A stretch of DNA of 64,000 bases from the human T2T-CHM13v2.0 reference genome, Homo sapiens. The stretch is from the NCBI RefSeq assembly GCF_009914755.1, contig NC_060928.1; one strand, given 5' to 3'. The translations under genes were made by a program, and so were the position numbers. The notes beneath the pieces were generated by a model, which was given only the letters and a program-made list of their open reading frames with translations, was not told where the DNA came from and made no database searches. Position 1 is the first letter of the stretch; each line of letters begins with the position of its first letter. Shown one piece after another: positions 1-14,009 of the stretch.

Positions 1-243
1 TGACTTATGGCTAAATAACTCCAATCACCGTTTTCCCTGTATTCATGTCTGTCCAAAATTCTCCATTTTATAAGCACACTAGTCATATTGGAGGCCTGGC
101 CCGCCCTACTCCACTGTGACCTTATTTTAACTAATTACATCTGCAATGACCCGATTTCCCAATAAAGTCACACTTTAGACACAGGGACTTAAGACTTCAA
201 CATAGGCATTTGGCGTAGGGGGTACACAATTTAACCCATAACA
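1..243 (-). mobile_element. MLT1-type MaLR LTR, partial
   Basis: Ends ggtacacaatttaacccataaca, the reverse complement of the MLT1 LTR start TGTTATGGGTTGAATTGTGTCCCC. Confidence 0.75.
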
Positions 244-244
244 C

Positions 245-1850
245 AAGGGGAATTATGAAACACTTTGGGATGAACAGAAATGAAGACACAACATATCAAA
301 ATTTATGAGATACAGTTAAAACTGTACTTAGAGGGGACTTTATAGTTGTAAATGCCTGTATAAAAAGTAGAAAGATCTCAAGTCAATAATTTAAACTTCC
401 ACCTTAAGACACTGGGAAAAGAAGAGCATCCTAAATATAAACCAAACAGAAAGAAGGGAATCATGAAGATTCAAGTGGAAATTAATGAAATGAAGAATAG
501 AAAAACAGTGAAAATCAATAAAATCAAATGCTGGTTCTTTGAAATGACCAAAAAAATTGACAAGCCTTTAGCGAGATTAATCAAGAAACAGAGAGAAGAC
601 TCAAATTACTAAAATCAGAAATGAAAGAGGGGACATTACTGCCAACCTTAAAGAAATAAAAATAATTATAAGGGAATACTATGAACAACTGTGTCTCAAT
701 AAGTTAGATAACTTAGATGAAATAGATAAATTTCTAGTAAAATTGACTCAAGAAGAATTCAAATGGCGTGTATAATAAGCAAAAACATTGAATTAGTAAT
801 AAAACGTTTTTAAAACTTCCCACAAAGAAAAGCTCAGGCCCAGGTGCTTCACTGGTGAATTCTACCAAACATTTAAGGAATAATTAACAGCGATTCTTCC
901 CAAACTCTTCCAAAAGAACAGAAAAGTGGGGAAAACTTCCTAAATCATTCTATGAGGTCAGAAATACTCTGATACCAAAACCAGACAAAATTTCACATGA
1001 AAATAAAACTACAGACCAACATCTCTTATGAATATAAATGTAAAAATCCTCAACAAAATATTAGCAAACTGAACTCAGCAACATATAAAAGGATCATACA
1101 CCATGACTAAATGAGTTTTGTCCTAGGAATGCAAGGTTAGTTTAACATTCAAAAATCAATTGATGTAATACACTTAATCAATAGAATGAAGGGCAAAGAC
1201 CACACAGTTACTCAATAAATGCAGAAAGAACATTTGACAAAATCCAACAACCTTTCATGATAGAAACACTCAACTGCAATTCTACCCCTAGGAAAAATAA
1301 AAACATATGACCATTCATAAACATAAACAAGAATGTTAATAGCAGCATTATTCTTCATAGTCAAAAAGTGAAAATAATCCAAATGTCCATCAATCGATGA
1401 ATGAAGAAACAAAATGTAGTATATCTATACAATGGAATATGACTTATCAGTGAGAAGGAATGGCATACTGATACATGCTACAACATAGATGACCTTGAAA
1501 ACATTATGCTAAATAAAAGAAGCCAGTCATAAAAGACCACATATTGTATGATTCCATTCATATAAAATGTCTAGCATATGAATGTCTCTAGAGACTGAAA
1601 GTAATTCGTGGCTACCTAGGGCTAGAGGGGGCTGTAAGGATTGAGAGGTGATAGTTAAAGGGTATAAAGTTTATTTTGGAGGTGATGAAAATGTTCTACA
1701 ATTCATTGTCTTGATGATTCATGATTCTGTAAACATGCAAAAAAAGTAAATAATTTAAATGAATGAAAATGTATAATTTAAAATGTAGAATTTAAATGAA
1801 TGTGAAACGTATAATTTAAATGGGTGAATTGTATCTTATATAGCTGTTGC
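245..1850 (+). mobile_element. Old L1M fragment: ORF2 piece joined to an L1MB-like 3' end
   Basis: ORF2 motifs (ctggttctttgaaa, ttcactggtgaattctaccaaacatttaagga, aactacagaccaacatctc) jump near 1270 to 3' end text (aatggaatat, agccagtcataaaagaccacatattgtatgattccatt). Confidence 0.85.
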
Positions 1851-2245
1851 CAAAAAATTTATTGCAGACATCATGACATTTTTAGTCTAAAAATACTTTA
1901 GAATGTATCTCCTAAGAATTGGCACTAAGAAGTTCTCTAAAGAAATAAGTGTTTATTTTCTCTGATCCAGAGGGCTAGTGTTTCTGCTTGCGTGGGTGTC
2001 TTGTGTATGTGTGTGTCTGTGTGACTGTACAAGGAGGGTGACATCTCAGGCCCTTCACTGTTTCAGAGCCAGCAGTACATGAAACCCTTCTGAACACTTA
2101 CCTAAGATGTAGTCCAGACTTTCTCAAAAGACTGTCCAAGTGATGATGGCATTTTTCAGCCCTCCTCAGTAAATGACTCCATTTATTTGGGTGTGCCCAA
2201 ATGACACCACTCTTGGAAAAGAAATGAGATAAAAAATAACGAGTA

Positions 2246-2546
<301 letters not shown>

Positions 2547-2579
2547 ATTAATAATGTGTAAAATTTTCTCCTCACTTGC

Positions 2580-2916
2580 TGTATTAGTCCATTTTCACAC
2601 TGCTGATAAAGACATACCCGAGACTGGGAAGAAAAAGAGGTTTAATTGGACTCACAGTTCCACGTGGCTGGGGAGACCTCAGAATCATGGCTGAAGGTGA
2701 AAGGCATGTCTCACATGGCAGCAGATAAGAGAAGAGAGCTTGTGCAAGGAGACTCTTGTTTTTAAAACCATCAGATCTCATGAGACTTATTCACTATCAT
2801 GAGAACGGCAATGGGAAGACCTGCCTCCATGATTTAATTACCTCCCACCGGGTCCCTCCCACGACACAGGGGAATTTAAGATGAGATTCGGATGGGGACA
2901 CAGCCAAACCATATCA
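2580..2916 (-). mobile_element. THE1 solo LTR (MaLR)
   Basis: tgtattagtcc...cagccaaaccatatca termini; exact 5-bp TSD cttgc at 2575-2579 and 2917-2921. Confidence 0.93.
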
Positions 2917-2965
2917 CTTGCCTAAGAGAAAATCTCTAACCGTAGACTTGTCTTTCTATCATTCC

Positions 2966-3125
2966 TGTCAGCCTGAGTTGCTGAATGACATGTGGAGGAG
3001 AGTCACCTGCCAACCCAGAAAACAAGCTCTGAACTCAGACTCGAATGCAAATTAGACGGCTCTCTTGTTGGCCTCACCACATTTTTGTGTCCTGCACTAT
3101 AGCAGGAAGTGCAATCCTAACGGAG
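2966..3125 (+). mobile_element. Degenerate old MLT1 (H/J/K-like) LTR fragment
   Basis: gtcagcctgagttgctgaatgacatgtggaggagagtcacctgccaacc resembles the MLT1J/K 3' half. Confidence 0.45.
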
Positions 3126-3698
3126 TCGTCTTTAGACTCACAAAGGAAGAGAGCTGCTCTTCTGTGTTCTCCCCACATTCCCTCCTCCAGTGCATCTTCA
3201 GAGAGATAAATCCCTCCTCTGAAGCTATGGCTCCTGATATTCATCAGTTTGCAGGAATATTTACCTCAGAAGCCAGGAGGATTTGCAGCTGCTACCTGAC
3301 AAGGAAAAGGACCTCGTGGCTGGCACCCAGCCATGCTCCTCCACTTAATCTTCGACTCTCCTGCCACACCCGCCTTCTAGGGGATGGCTCCTTCCTCATC
3401 TTGGCAAGCCTATGTCTGGTCTCCCATAGAAGTGGGTGCTGGGCACTGCCACTCTTACTGTGACAACAGGCTAAAATCAGTTTCCCAAGCAAATATACCA
3501 CGAGTAAATATTGATTCTAGACCTCAGTATTTCTTCTTTGACCGTTATATTTATTTAATCCTGCATGTCCGCAAGCAGATTTCGCCCATGTGCACAGGCT
3601 AACTGAGCTAATTCCCGTGGTACCAGGAGGGCTTCTTGACAAGTCTTCATTGACAAGGAGACCTCAGGCTCCTTCTTCTATCACAAAAAAGGGGAAGT

Positions 3699-4891
<1,193 letters not shown>

Positions 4892-6258
4892 TTATTACTA
4901 GAAAGTTTCCAGGATTGCTGAAATTACATTACAGTCTTAAAATCCTTTTTATTTGTTTATGGACAAAAATGGCTTAGATAGTCAGAATCCAACATAAAGC
5001 CACATGCAACTATATTTCCTAATATTAATATTCTGTGGAATAAGGTGACATTAGAAAGAGATTAGTTCCTGCTATGTAATACATGTTTTTACATAAACGA
5101 ATGTCTGATCCTAGAGTTTCACGGCAGAACTTTAGGGGTGCAAATCAAAAAAGCACAGCATAGATTCATCTTGCCTCTTCCTGTGTGCCCTAAACAAACT
5201 GTAACCTTGAATCATGATTTCATTATCATAGACAGTAGAATTCCATCAAATATCTGTAGCACCAACTATGTCAAAGTTATGAAGGTAAAACCGAATTCTC
5301 AGTTTACATGTTTCACGCAATAATCTACAAATACATTTCTTCAATCTCCAAAAACTTATAAATATTTAATGCCACAGAGGCTTTTCAAATGCTCAGGTGA
5401 GAATAAGGCATGTTTGCTTTTTAGACTAAACTTTAGACTGAAACTCATAAATCACAAGGACTGTCAGTGAAGACCACATAGTCATCTTTCCTTTAGTCTA
5501 AACAAAAAGCCCTGGGAATGGGCCTCAGAAGAAAAATCTTTGAAGATGTGTAGAGAAGCCCCAAAATATATTTCTGTGCATCTCTATAATTCGTGTTATA
5601 TCTACCTACAGCTATTGCATAAGTTGTATATTATATATCACACTAGAGGCTTTTTAAGAGGTGATATTTCTCCTGCATATAAGTGTAAAACAAGCCATTT
5701 TCTGCAGTCAATAAGTTACTAGCTTCTGAGACCCATAAGAGAAATTCTGAATTGACAATTTTCCTCCAGAAAAGGTAGGAAAGAAGAACCCTGGCAAGTA
5801 ATAATTTAATAATTTTTCTTCTTTATAACACTCAATACATCCAGTTTTTTTCTCTAACCAAGATCTATAAATACAATAAAAGTAAATGCTATTTCATCAC
5901 AGAACATATTTTATATATATTCTGGCTAAAGATCAAATGCAATCTAATTTTCACAATAAGTGGAGAATAATTGGCAAAGTCATGTGTCTTATCATTTTAT
6001 TGGGTTTTATGTTAAAGACAGAAAAAAATTGTAAAGGAAACAATTTTTATGAAGTCTATCAACACTAAAAAACGTGCTTGTAAAACCTGGATCTGGTCTG
6101 AAATAGAATATGTGAAAGGCAAGTTCATGAAAATGCATGAATTATAAAAATGTTTTTCATTGCTGGTAGGTAGTCCCACCAGAAACCCATTATTAAATTA
6201 ATAATTAACCCGGAAAAGAGAAAACTGAAAACAAATAAAGTAAATATGTAGCACTTAC

Positions 6259-6412
6259 CGACCAATACCAGACAAGCTGAGTCTGAACAATTTTCTAGCT
6301 GATTCTGCTCCCAGCTTTTCCACTTGGAACATAGCAATCTTAAGCGGGATGCTCAGGCAGGAGCTTCTCAGGCAAGGGGTCTTTATCCTACAGGAGCTCT
6401 GTACCATGGCAC
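6259..6412 (-). other. Candidate 154-nt exon of an unidentified minus-strand transcript
   Basis: Acceptor ...tcttttcgtaaacctcattag|, consensus donor cg|gtaagtg, gccATGg at 6407 with the frame open to the donor; non-repeat sequence. Confidence 0.35.
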
Positions 6413-6476
6413 CTAATGAGGTTTACGAAAAGAGTTGATAAGACAACCTACCCTGACTTTGTAGTGAGAACTTGGA

Positions 6477-6630
6477 GCCTGGGCTTGGTGTTTCATGCTT
6501 ATAATCTCAGCACTTTGGGAGGCTGAGGCAGGAGGATCGGTTGAGCCCAGGAGTTCAGGGCTGCAGTGAAGTATGATCGTGCCACTGCACTCCAGCCTGA
6601 GCAACAGAGCAAGGCACCGTCTTAAAAAAG
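6477..6630 (+). mobile_element. Monomeric Alu (FAM/FRAM-like)
   Basis: Single ~150-bp Alu arm with a short A tail. Confidence 0.75.
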
Positions 6631-6639
6631 GAAGATTGT

Positions 6640-7070
<431 letters not shown>

Positions 7071-7071
7071 T

Positions 7072-7088
7072 CAGTCTCTGTCTGTCTC

Positions 7089-7119
<31 letters not shown>

Positions 7120-7120
7120 T
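7072..7120. repeat. (CT)n/(CTGT)n microsatellite
   Basis: Direct read. Confidence 0.9.
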
Positions 7121-7299
7121 TCCTTCCCTTACTTCCTCCCTCCCTGCCAAATCTTTCATTCTGCCAATGATCACTTTGAAATAATCAGCTTTACTCTGCA
7201 AGCTACAATGATAGGAAGGCGGTTGAAATCCCGTTGTGGGAGTTTAGTCATCTCAGATTCAGGATCTGAGTTGAAAATAGAATTTCTGTTATTGCTCCT

Positions 7300-7980
7300 G
7301 GCTCATTTAAGCACTACTCAGAAAATATTTGCTGAGCTAGGCACTCTGTTCTAGTCACTCAGGATATAGCAGTGAACAAAAAAGTCCTTGCTCACACAGA
7401 ACTTGTATTCTAGCTGGGAGAGACAAGAGAGTAAACAAATACGTAATATCCTGGGTGGTTGGAAACGCTATGAAGAAAAATAAAGCAGGGGAGGGAATAG
7501 AACATCAAGTGCAGGGGCTGAGGTGGTTTACAATGGACTGGTCAGAGAAGGCTCTATGATGCGTTGACGTCCGAGCAGAGAGCTGAAGAAGAGCAGGTGA
7601 GTCAGGCAGATTCAGGCAGAGACCCAAGCACTGGGGAGAGCAAGTGCAAAGGTTCGAAGGCAGGCATGTGCTAGGGTGTTCAAGGAACAAGAAGGAAATC
7701 AAAATGGCCGACGCAGCGTGAATCCGGGGAAGGAGGGGGCAATGAAGACGGCAATGAATGAAGAAGGGAACCTGGAGCCAAGTAATGGCGGGACTTAGAC
7801 AAGGGCAGGCATTTAGGGCTTTACTCTGAGAGAGGTGGGAAACCAGCTGAGAATCTTCAACAAAGGAGCGGCACAATCTGACTTCTGTTTTCAGAAGATT
7901 ACCCTGGAAGGTATGTGAAAAAATAGATTGGAGAATTACGAGGATAGAATCAGAGAGATGAATTAAAAGGCATTGTAACG
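7300..7980 (-). mobile_element. L2 LINE 3' fragment
   Basis: ctaggcactctgttctag, atagcagtgaacaaa, agcaagtgcaaagg, gggtgttcaaggaacaagaagg are typical antisense L2. Confidence 0.8.
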
Positions 7981-7984
7981 CTGC

Positions 7985-9130
7985 CATTTTTAACCATATT
8001 GGAGTAAATAGTGCTGGCCTTGCCCTCCTACCGTCAACAATTGGAAAACTGAACAACGGTATGAAACGCTTCATATCAAATTCAAATTTTCTATCAGACT
8101 TAGACACTGGACAAGCGATCTCACAGGACTTTGATATGTGATAAAAGGGGGGAAAACAGGGTAAGTCCCACCTCAGCTGTCTGCCTGGAGGTATTTTTTG
8201 GACTGTGCTGCAGGGAGAGAGAATCCAAGCAATACATGGGGATTTCATTAAGTGAGACAAGGGGGCCTCAAGTAGCAGGAATTTGCCAGGCAGAATACTG
8301 AGGGGTAGGATCTGTACAGATAAAGAGATATAGAAATCAACAGAGGGATTCCCTTGAGCCTATTGCTGAATATTAATATGTCCATGGATGGGTCTGGCAA
8401 GGGTCTCCTGGGAAGCTGTAAGCCAAACAATTCTCAGAGCTCACTTTGGGCTGGGAGATAATGAAAACATGCCAGCCAGGCACAGTGGCTTATACCTATA
8501 ATCCCAGCACTTTTGGAGGCCAAGGTTTGCGGATCACTTGAGCCCAGGAGTTCAAGACCAGTCTGGGCAACATGGTAAAACCCCATCTCTACTAAAAATA
8601 TAAAACTTAGCCAGGTGCGGTGGCATGCGCGCGTAGTCCCAGCTACTTGGGAGGCTAAGCAGGGAGGATTGCTTGAGCCCTGAGGCAAAGGTTGCAGTGA
8701 GCCAAGATTGCATTCCACCACTGCACCCCAGCCTGGGCAACACAGCAAGATTGTCTCAAAAAAACACAAAAAACAAAAAACAAACAAACAAAACCCCATG
8801 CCAACCAGTGTGGAAAAACCTCACTAACGTCTAGGGCATTATTAAGATGATGCTTTAGATCTGGAGCTAAACTAGGCCTAGAGCAAGGACTATTGTTGAT
8901 CTACCCCAGCAAAAGCCTGAGACAAGCCCCAAAAGGTGAAGTGGAACTGTGAGTTTCTTAACTACCTGTCAAAATAAATGTCAACACATTTTAAAGAAAT
9001 TTAGCAAAACCAAGACATGAACAACATACTATTCAAAATTTTCAGCATCCAAGAAAAAATTGCTAGACATGCAAGAGCAGAAAACAGTGGCTGAAAACCA
9101 GGAGAAAAATCAGTCAATAAGAAGCTAAAA
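7985..9130 (+). mobile_element. Old L1M 5' region fragment, interrupted by Alu
   Basis: ggaaaactgaacaac, gtgctgcagggagagagaatccaagc, aaaattgctagacatgcaagag resemble L1MC/MD 5' ends. Confidence 0.55.
8474..8793 (+). mobile_element. AluJ
   Basis: Dimeric Alu; catgcca repeated at both flanks. Confidence 0.88.
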
Positions 9131-9133
9131 ATA

Positions 9134-9703
9134 TAGTGGCCCCCTCTTCTCCACAAGGGATACATTTTATGACCCCCCCCACCTTCCGCGGTGGATGCCT
9201 GAAACCATGGACAATACCAAACCCTATGCATACTATGTTTTTACCTATACATATAAACCTATGAGAAAGTTTAATTTATAAATTAGGCACAGTCAGAGAT
9301 TAACAGCAATAACTAATAATAAAATAGAACAATTATAGTAACGTACTGTCATACAAGTTATGTGAATGTGGTCTCTCTCTCTCTTTCTCAAAATATGTCA
9401 TTTTACTACACTCATCCATCTTCCTGTGATCTGCCAATCTGATAACTGAGACAGCTACCAAGTGACTAACAGGCAGGCAGCATATAAAGCTGAGATATAC
9501 TGAATAAAGGGATGATTCACATCCTGGGCAGGACAGAGCAGGACAGTGGGAGTTTCCATCATGCTACTCAGAATGGCACACAATTTAAAACACATGAATT
9601 GTTTACTTCTGGAATTTCCCCTTTAATATTTTTAGACCACAGTTGACCACGGGTAACTGAAACTGTGGAAAATAAAACTGGATGGCGGCGGGGGGAACCA
9701 CTG
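9134..9703 (-). mobile_element. MER44 (Tigger7-derived MITE)
   Basis: gtggatgcctgaaacc...ataaattaggcacagt and cagttgaccacgggtaactgaaactgtggaa ends; TA flanks. Confidence 0.8.
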
Positions 9704-9895
9704 TAGAAGGCAAATTAAATGAAAGTAAGTAGAGGAAAGGGAATAATAAAGATAAGAGTATAAATTGATGAAATAGAAATTGACATCCAATAGAGAAAAT
9801 TAATAAATCCCAAAGCTAGTTCTTTGAAAATATCAGCAAAGTTGATAAACCTATAGTTAAATTGCCAAAAATAAAAATGGAAAAGGACAGAAAAC

Positions 9896-10775
9896 TGTTT
9901 GGGCCAAATTGTGTCCTCCCAAAATCCAGATGTGAAAGCCCTCATCCCCAGTGCCATTGTATTTGGAGATAGAGCCTTTAAGGAAATAATTAAATTAGGT
10001 CATAAGATTGAGGCCCTAAGCAAAAATTAGCCAGGCATGGTGATGCATGCCTGTAATCCCAGCTACTCAGGAGGCTGAGGCAGGAGAATCTCTTGAACCC
10101 AAAGGCGGAGGTTGCAGTGAGCCGAGATCGCACCATAGCACTCCAGCCTGGGTGACAGAGCCAGACACTGTCTCAAAAAAAAAAAAAAAAAAAAGATTGA
10201 GGCCCTAAACCATTAGCACTAGTGGCCTTACAAGAAGAGGAAGAGACGCCAGAGCTCTCTCTCTTTCTCCACACATGCATAGAAGAAAGGCCCTAGAAGG
10301 ACACAGGAGAAGGCAGCACTCTGCAAGCCAAGAGAGCCCTCCCCAGAAACCAAATTTTCTGGCACCTTGATCTTGAACTTCTAGTCGCCAGAACTGTGAG
10401 AAAATAAATTTCTGTTATTTAAACCATCCAGTCTGTGGTGTTCTGTTATGGCAGCCCAAGCTGTTAATAATAATAATGATAATACATATTTCAGTACCAA
10501 GAAACGGAGTGCCACTGTAACAAACACCTAAAAATGTGGAAGTGACTTTGGAAATGGATAATGGGTAGAGGCTAAATGAACTTTGAGGTGCATGCTAGAA
10601 AAAGCCTAATTTGCCATGAAAAGACTTTAGTAGAAATACGGATGTTATAGTCTGGTGAGAGCTCAAGAAGAAGAGAGGATAGCTGTAGAGAAAGTGAAAG
10701 CTTTTATCATCTTAGAGAATATATATCATCATGAATAGAACGTTAATAGAAATAAGACATTAAATATGCCCCGGG
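9896..10775 (+). mobile_element. MLT1A-type LTR (9896-10486) followed by the start of MaLR internal sequence
   Basis: LTR motifs gtatttggagatagagcctttaagg, gaactgtgagaaaataaatttctgtt, ...aataca; then MaLR-int cctaaaaatgtggaagtgactttggaa. Confidence 0.8.
10020..10192 (+). mobile_element. 5'-truncated AluS (right arm only) inside the MLT1A LTR
   Basis: 16-bp TSD aagattgaggccctaa at 10004-10019 and 10193-10208. Confidence 0.92.
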
Positions 10776-11108
10776 TCAGAAAGAGATCATCATGGCGGAT
10801 GGCAGGCAGGACCAGATTGCAGCTCCAACTCGGACAGACAGCAGCGTGCGGAGCCTCGCATCATCAATTCCAGCTCCAGAACCACTGCAGAACAACCCAG
10901 CAATCCTGAGAGGACCCACAGATCCTCTGAAGGAAGCAGGCTGCTCCTGCAGGACCGGGAGACACCCCAAATACTGTGAGTGCCCAAACTGCGAAAGTGA
11001 GAAAGGGAGACCCTCCACCCCAAACACACACCCCCACTGGGGAAACGAAGGTCTAGTTTGCAGGAGAAGTTTCTGACCTTACCTGGAGCTGAGTCAATTC
11101 AGAGCTGA

Positions 11109-11580
<472 letters not shown>

Positions 11581-13671
11581 ACTTTGTAACAATTTGAACT
11601 GGATGAGAAGCCCCCTGGCCAGAACTCGGGGGAGGGTGCAAATCCGATGTGCAGACTCCACAAGCAGGGGAAGAACCAAAGCCCTTTTCTTTCACAGCTG
11701 GGAGGCAGGTAACCTGGGGCAAGTTCTCAAGCCCTGCTCGCCCACTACCTGGAAACAGACTCGGGGCTGTTAGGGGGCCATAGTGGAAGTGAGACTGACC
11801 CTTTGGATTGCGTGGGAGCTGGGTGAGGTCTGTGACTGCCAGCTGTCCTCCACTTCCCTAACATCCTGCATGACTCAGTAGAGGCAGCCATAATCCTCCT
11901 AGGTACACAACTCCATTGACCTGGGATCACCTGGGAACCTCACCGCCAACCCCCACAGCAGCTGCAGCAAGACCCACCCAGTGAGAGTCTGAGCTCAGAC
12001 CCACCTAGCCCTGGCCCCACCTGATGGGCCTTCCCTACCCACCCTGGTAGCTGAAGACAAAGGGCATACACTGGGCATATACTCTTGGGAGTTCTAGGGC
12101 CCCGCCCACCACCGGCTTCTCACCATACTACCACAGCTGATGCTCTCTGGAAAGCCCCACCTCCCGGCAGGAGGCCAACCAGCACAAAAATAGAGCATTA
12201 AACCACCAAAGCTAAGAACCCTCACACAGTCCATTTCACCCTCCTACAACCTCCACCAGAACAGCTGCCGGTATTCACAGCTGAGAGACTCATAGATTAT
12301 TCACATCACAGGACTCTCTTGCTGGGGGGCTAGACCCAGAAGAGAGATAACAATCACTACAGCTTGGCTCACAGGAAGCCACATCCATAGGAAAAGCCAG
12401 GGAGTACTACATCAAGGAAAATCCCTGTGGGACAAAAGAATCTGAACAACAGCCTTCAGCCCTAGACCTTCCCTCTGACAGAGCCTACCCAAATGAGAAG
12501 GAACCAGAAGACCAACTCTGGTAATATGACAAAACAAGGCTCTTTAATACCCCCCAAAAAATCACACTAGTTCACCAGCAATGGATCCAAACCAAGAAGA
12601 AATCCCTGATTTACCTGAAAAAGAATTCAGTAGGTTAGTTATTCAGCTAATCAGGGAGGCACCAGAGAAAGGCAAAGCAAGAAAATCCAAAAAATGATGC
12701 AATAAGTGAAGAGAGAAATATTCAAGGAAATAGATAGCATAAAGAAAAAACAATAAAAACTTCAGGAAACATTGGACACACTTATAGAAATGCAAAATGC
12801 TCTGGAAAGTCTCAGCAATAAAATTGAACAAGTAGAAGAAAGAAATTCAGAGCTTGAAGACAAGGTCTTCGAATTAACCCAATCCAACAAAGACAAAGAA
12901 AAAAGAATAGGAAAATATGAACAAATCCTCCAAGAAGTCTGGAATTATAGTAAACAACCAAACCTAAGAATAATTGGTGTTCCTGAGGAAGAAGAGAAAT
13001 CTAAAAGTTTGGAAAACATATTTGGGGGAATAATTGAGTGAAACTTTCCTGGTCTTACTAGAGACCTAGACATCCAAATACAAGAAGCACAAAGAACACC
13101 TGGGAAATTCATTGCAAAAAGATCATCGCCTAGGCACATTGTCATCAGGATATCTAAAGTTAAGATGAAGGAAAGAATCTTTAGAGCTGTGAGACAAAAG
13201 CACCAGGTAACCTATAAAGGAAACCTTTCAGATTAACGCAGACTTCTCAGCAGAAATCCTACAAGCTAGAAATCTTTGGGCCCTATCTTCAGCCTCCTCA
13301 AACAAAACAATTATCACTCAAGAATTTTGGATCCAGTGAAATTAAGCATCATATATGAAGGAAAGATAGTCTTTTTCGGACAAACAAATGCTGAGAGAAT
13401 TCACCACTACCAAGCCACCACTATACGAATTGCTAAAAGGAGCTCTAAATCTTGAAACAAATCCTGGAAACACATCAAAACAGAACCTCTTTAAAGCATA
13501 AACCACACAGAACCTATAAAACAAAAATACAATTTAAAAAGCAAAAATGAAAAACCAAAAAACCAAGGTACACAGGCAACAAACTGCATGATGAATCAAA
13601 TGATACCTTACATCTCAATACTAACATTGAATATAAATGGCCTAAATGTTCCACTTAAAAGATACAGAACC

Positions 13672-14009
<338 letters not shown>

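Noticed and set aside
7505-8260. 251-aa minus-strand ORF
   Set aside because: It spans L2 and L1M remnants, with no recognisable domain and no splice or promoter support.
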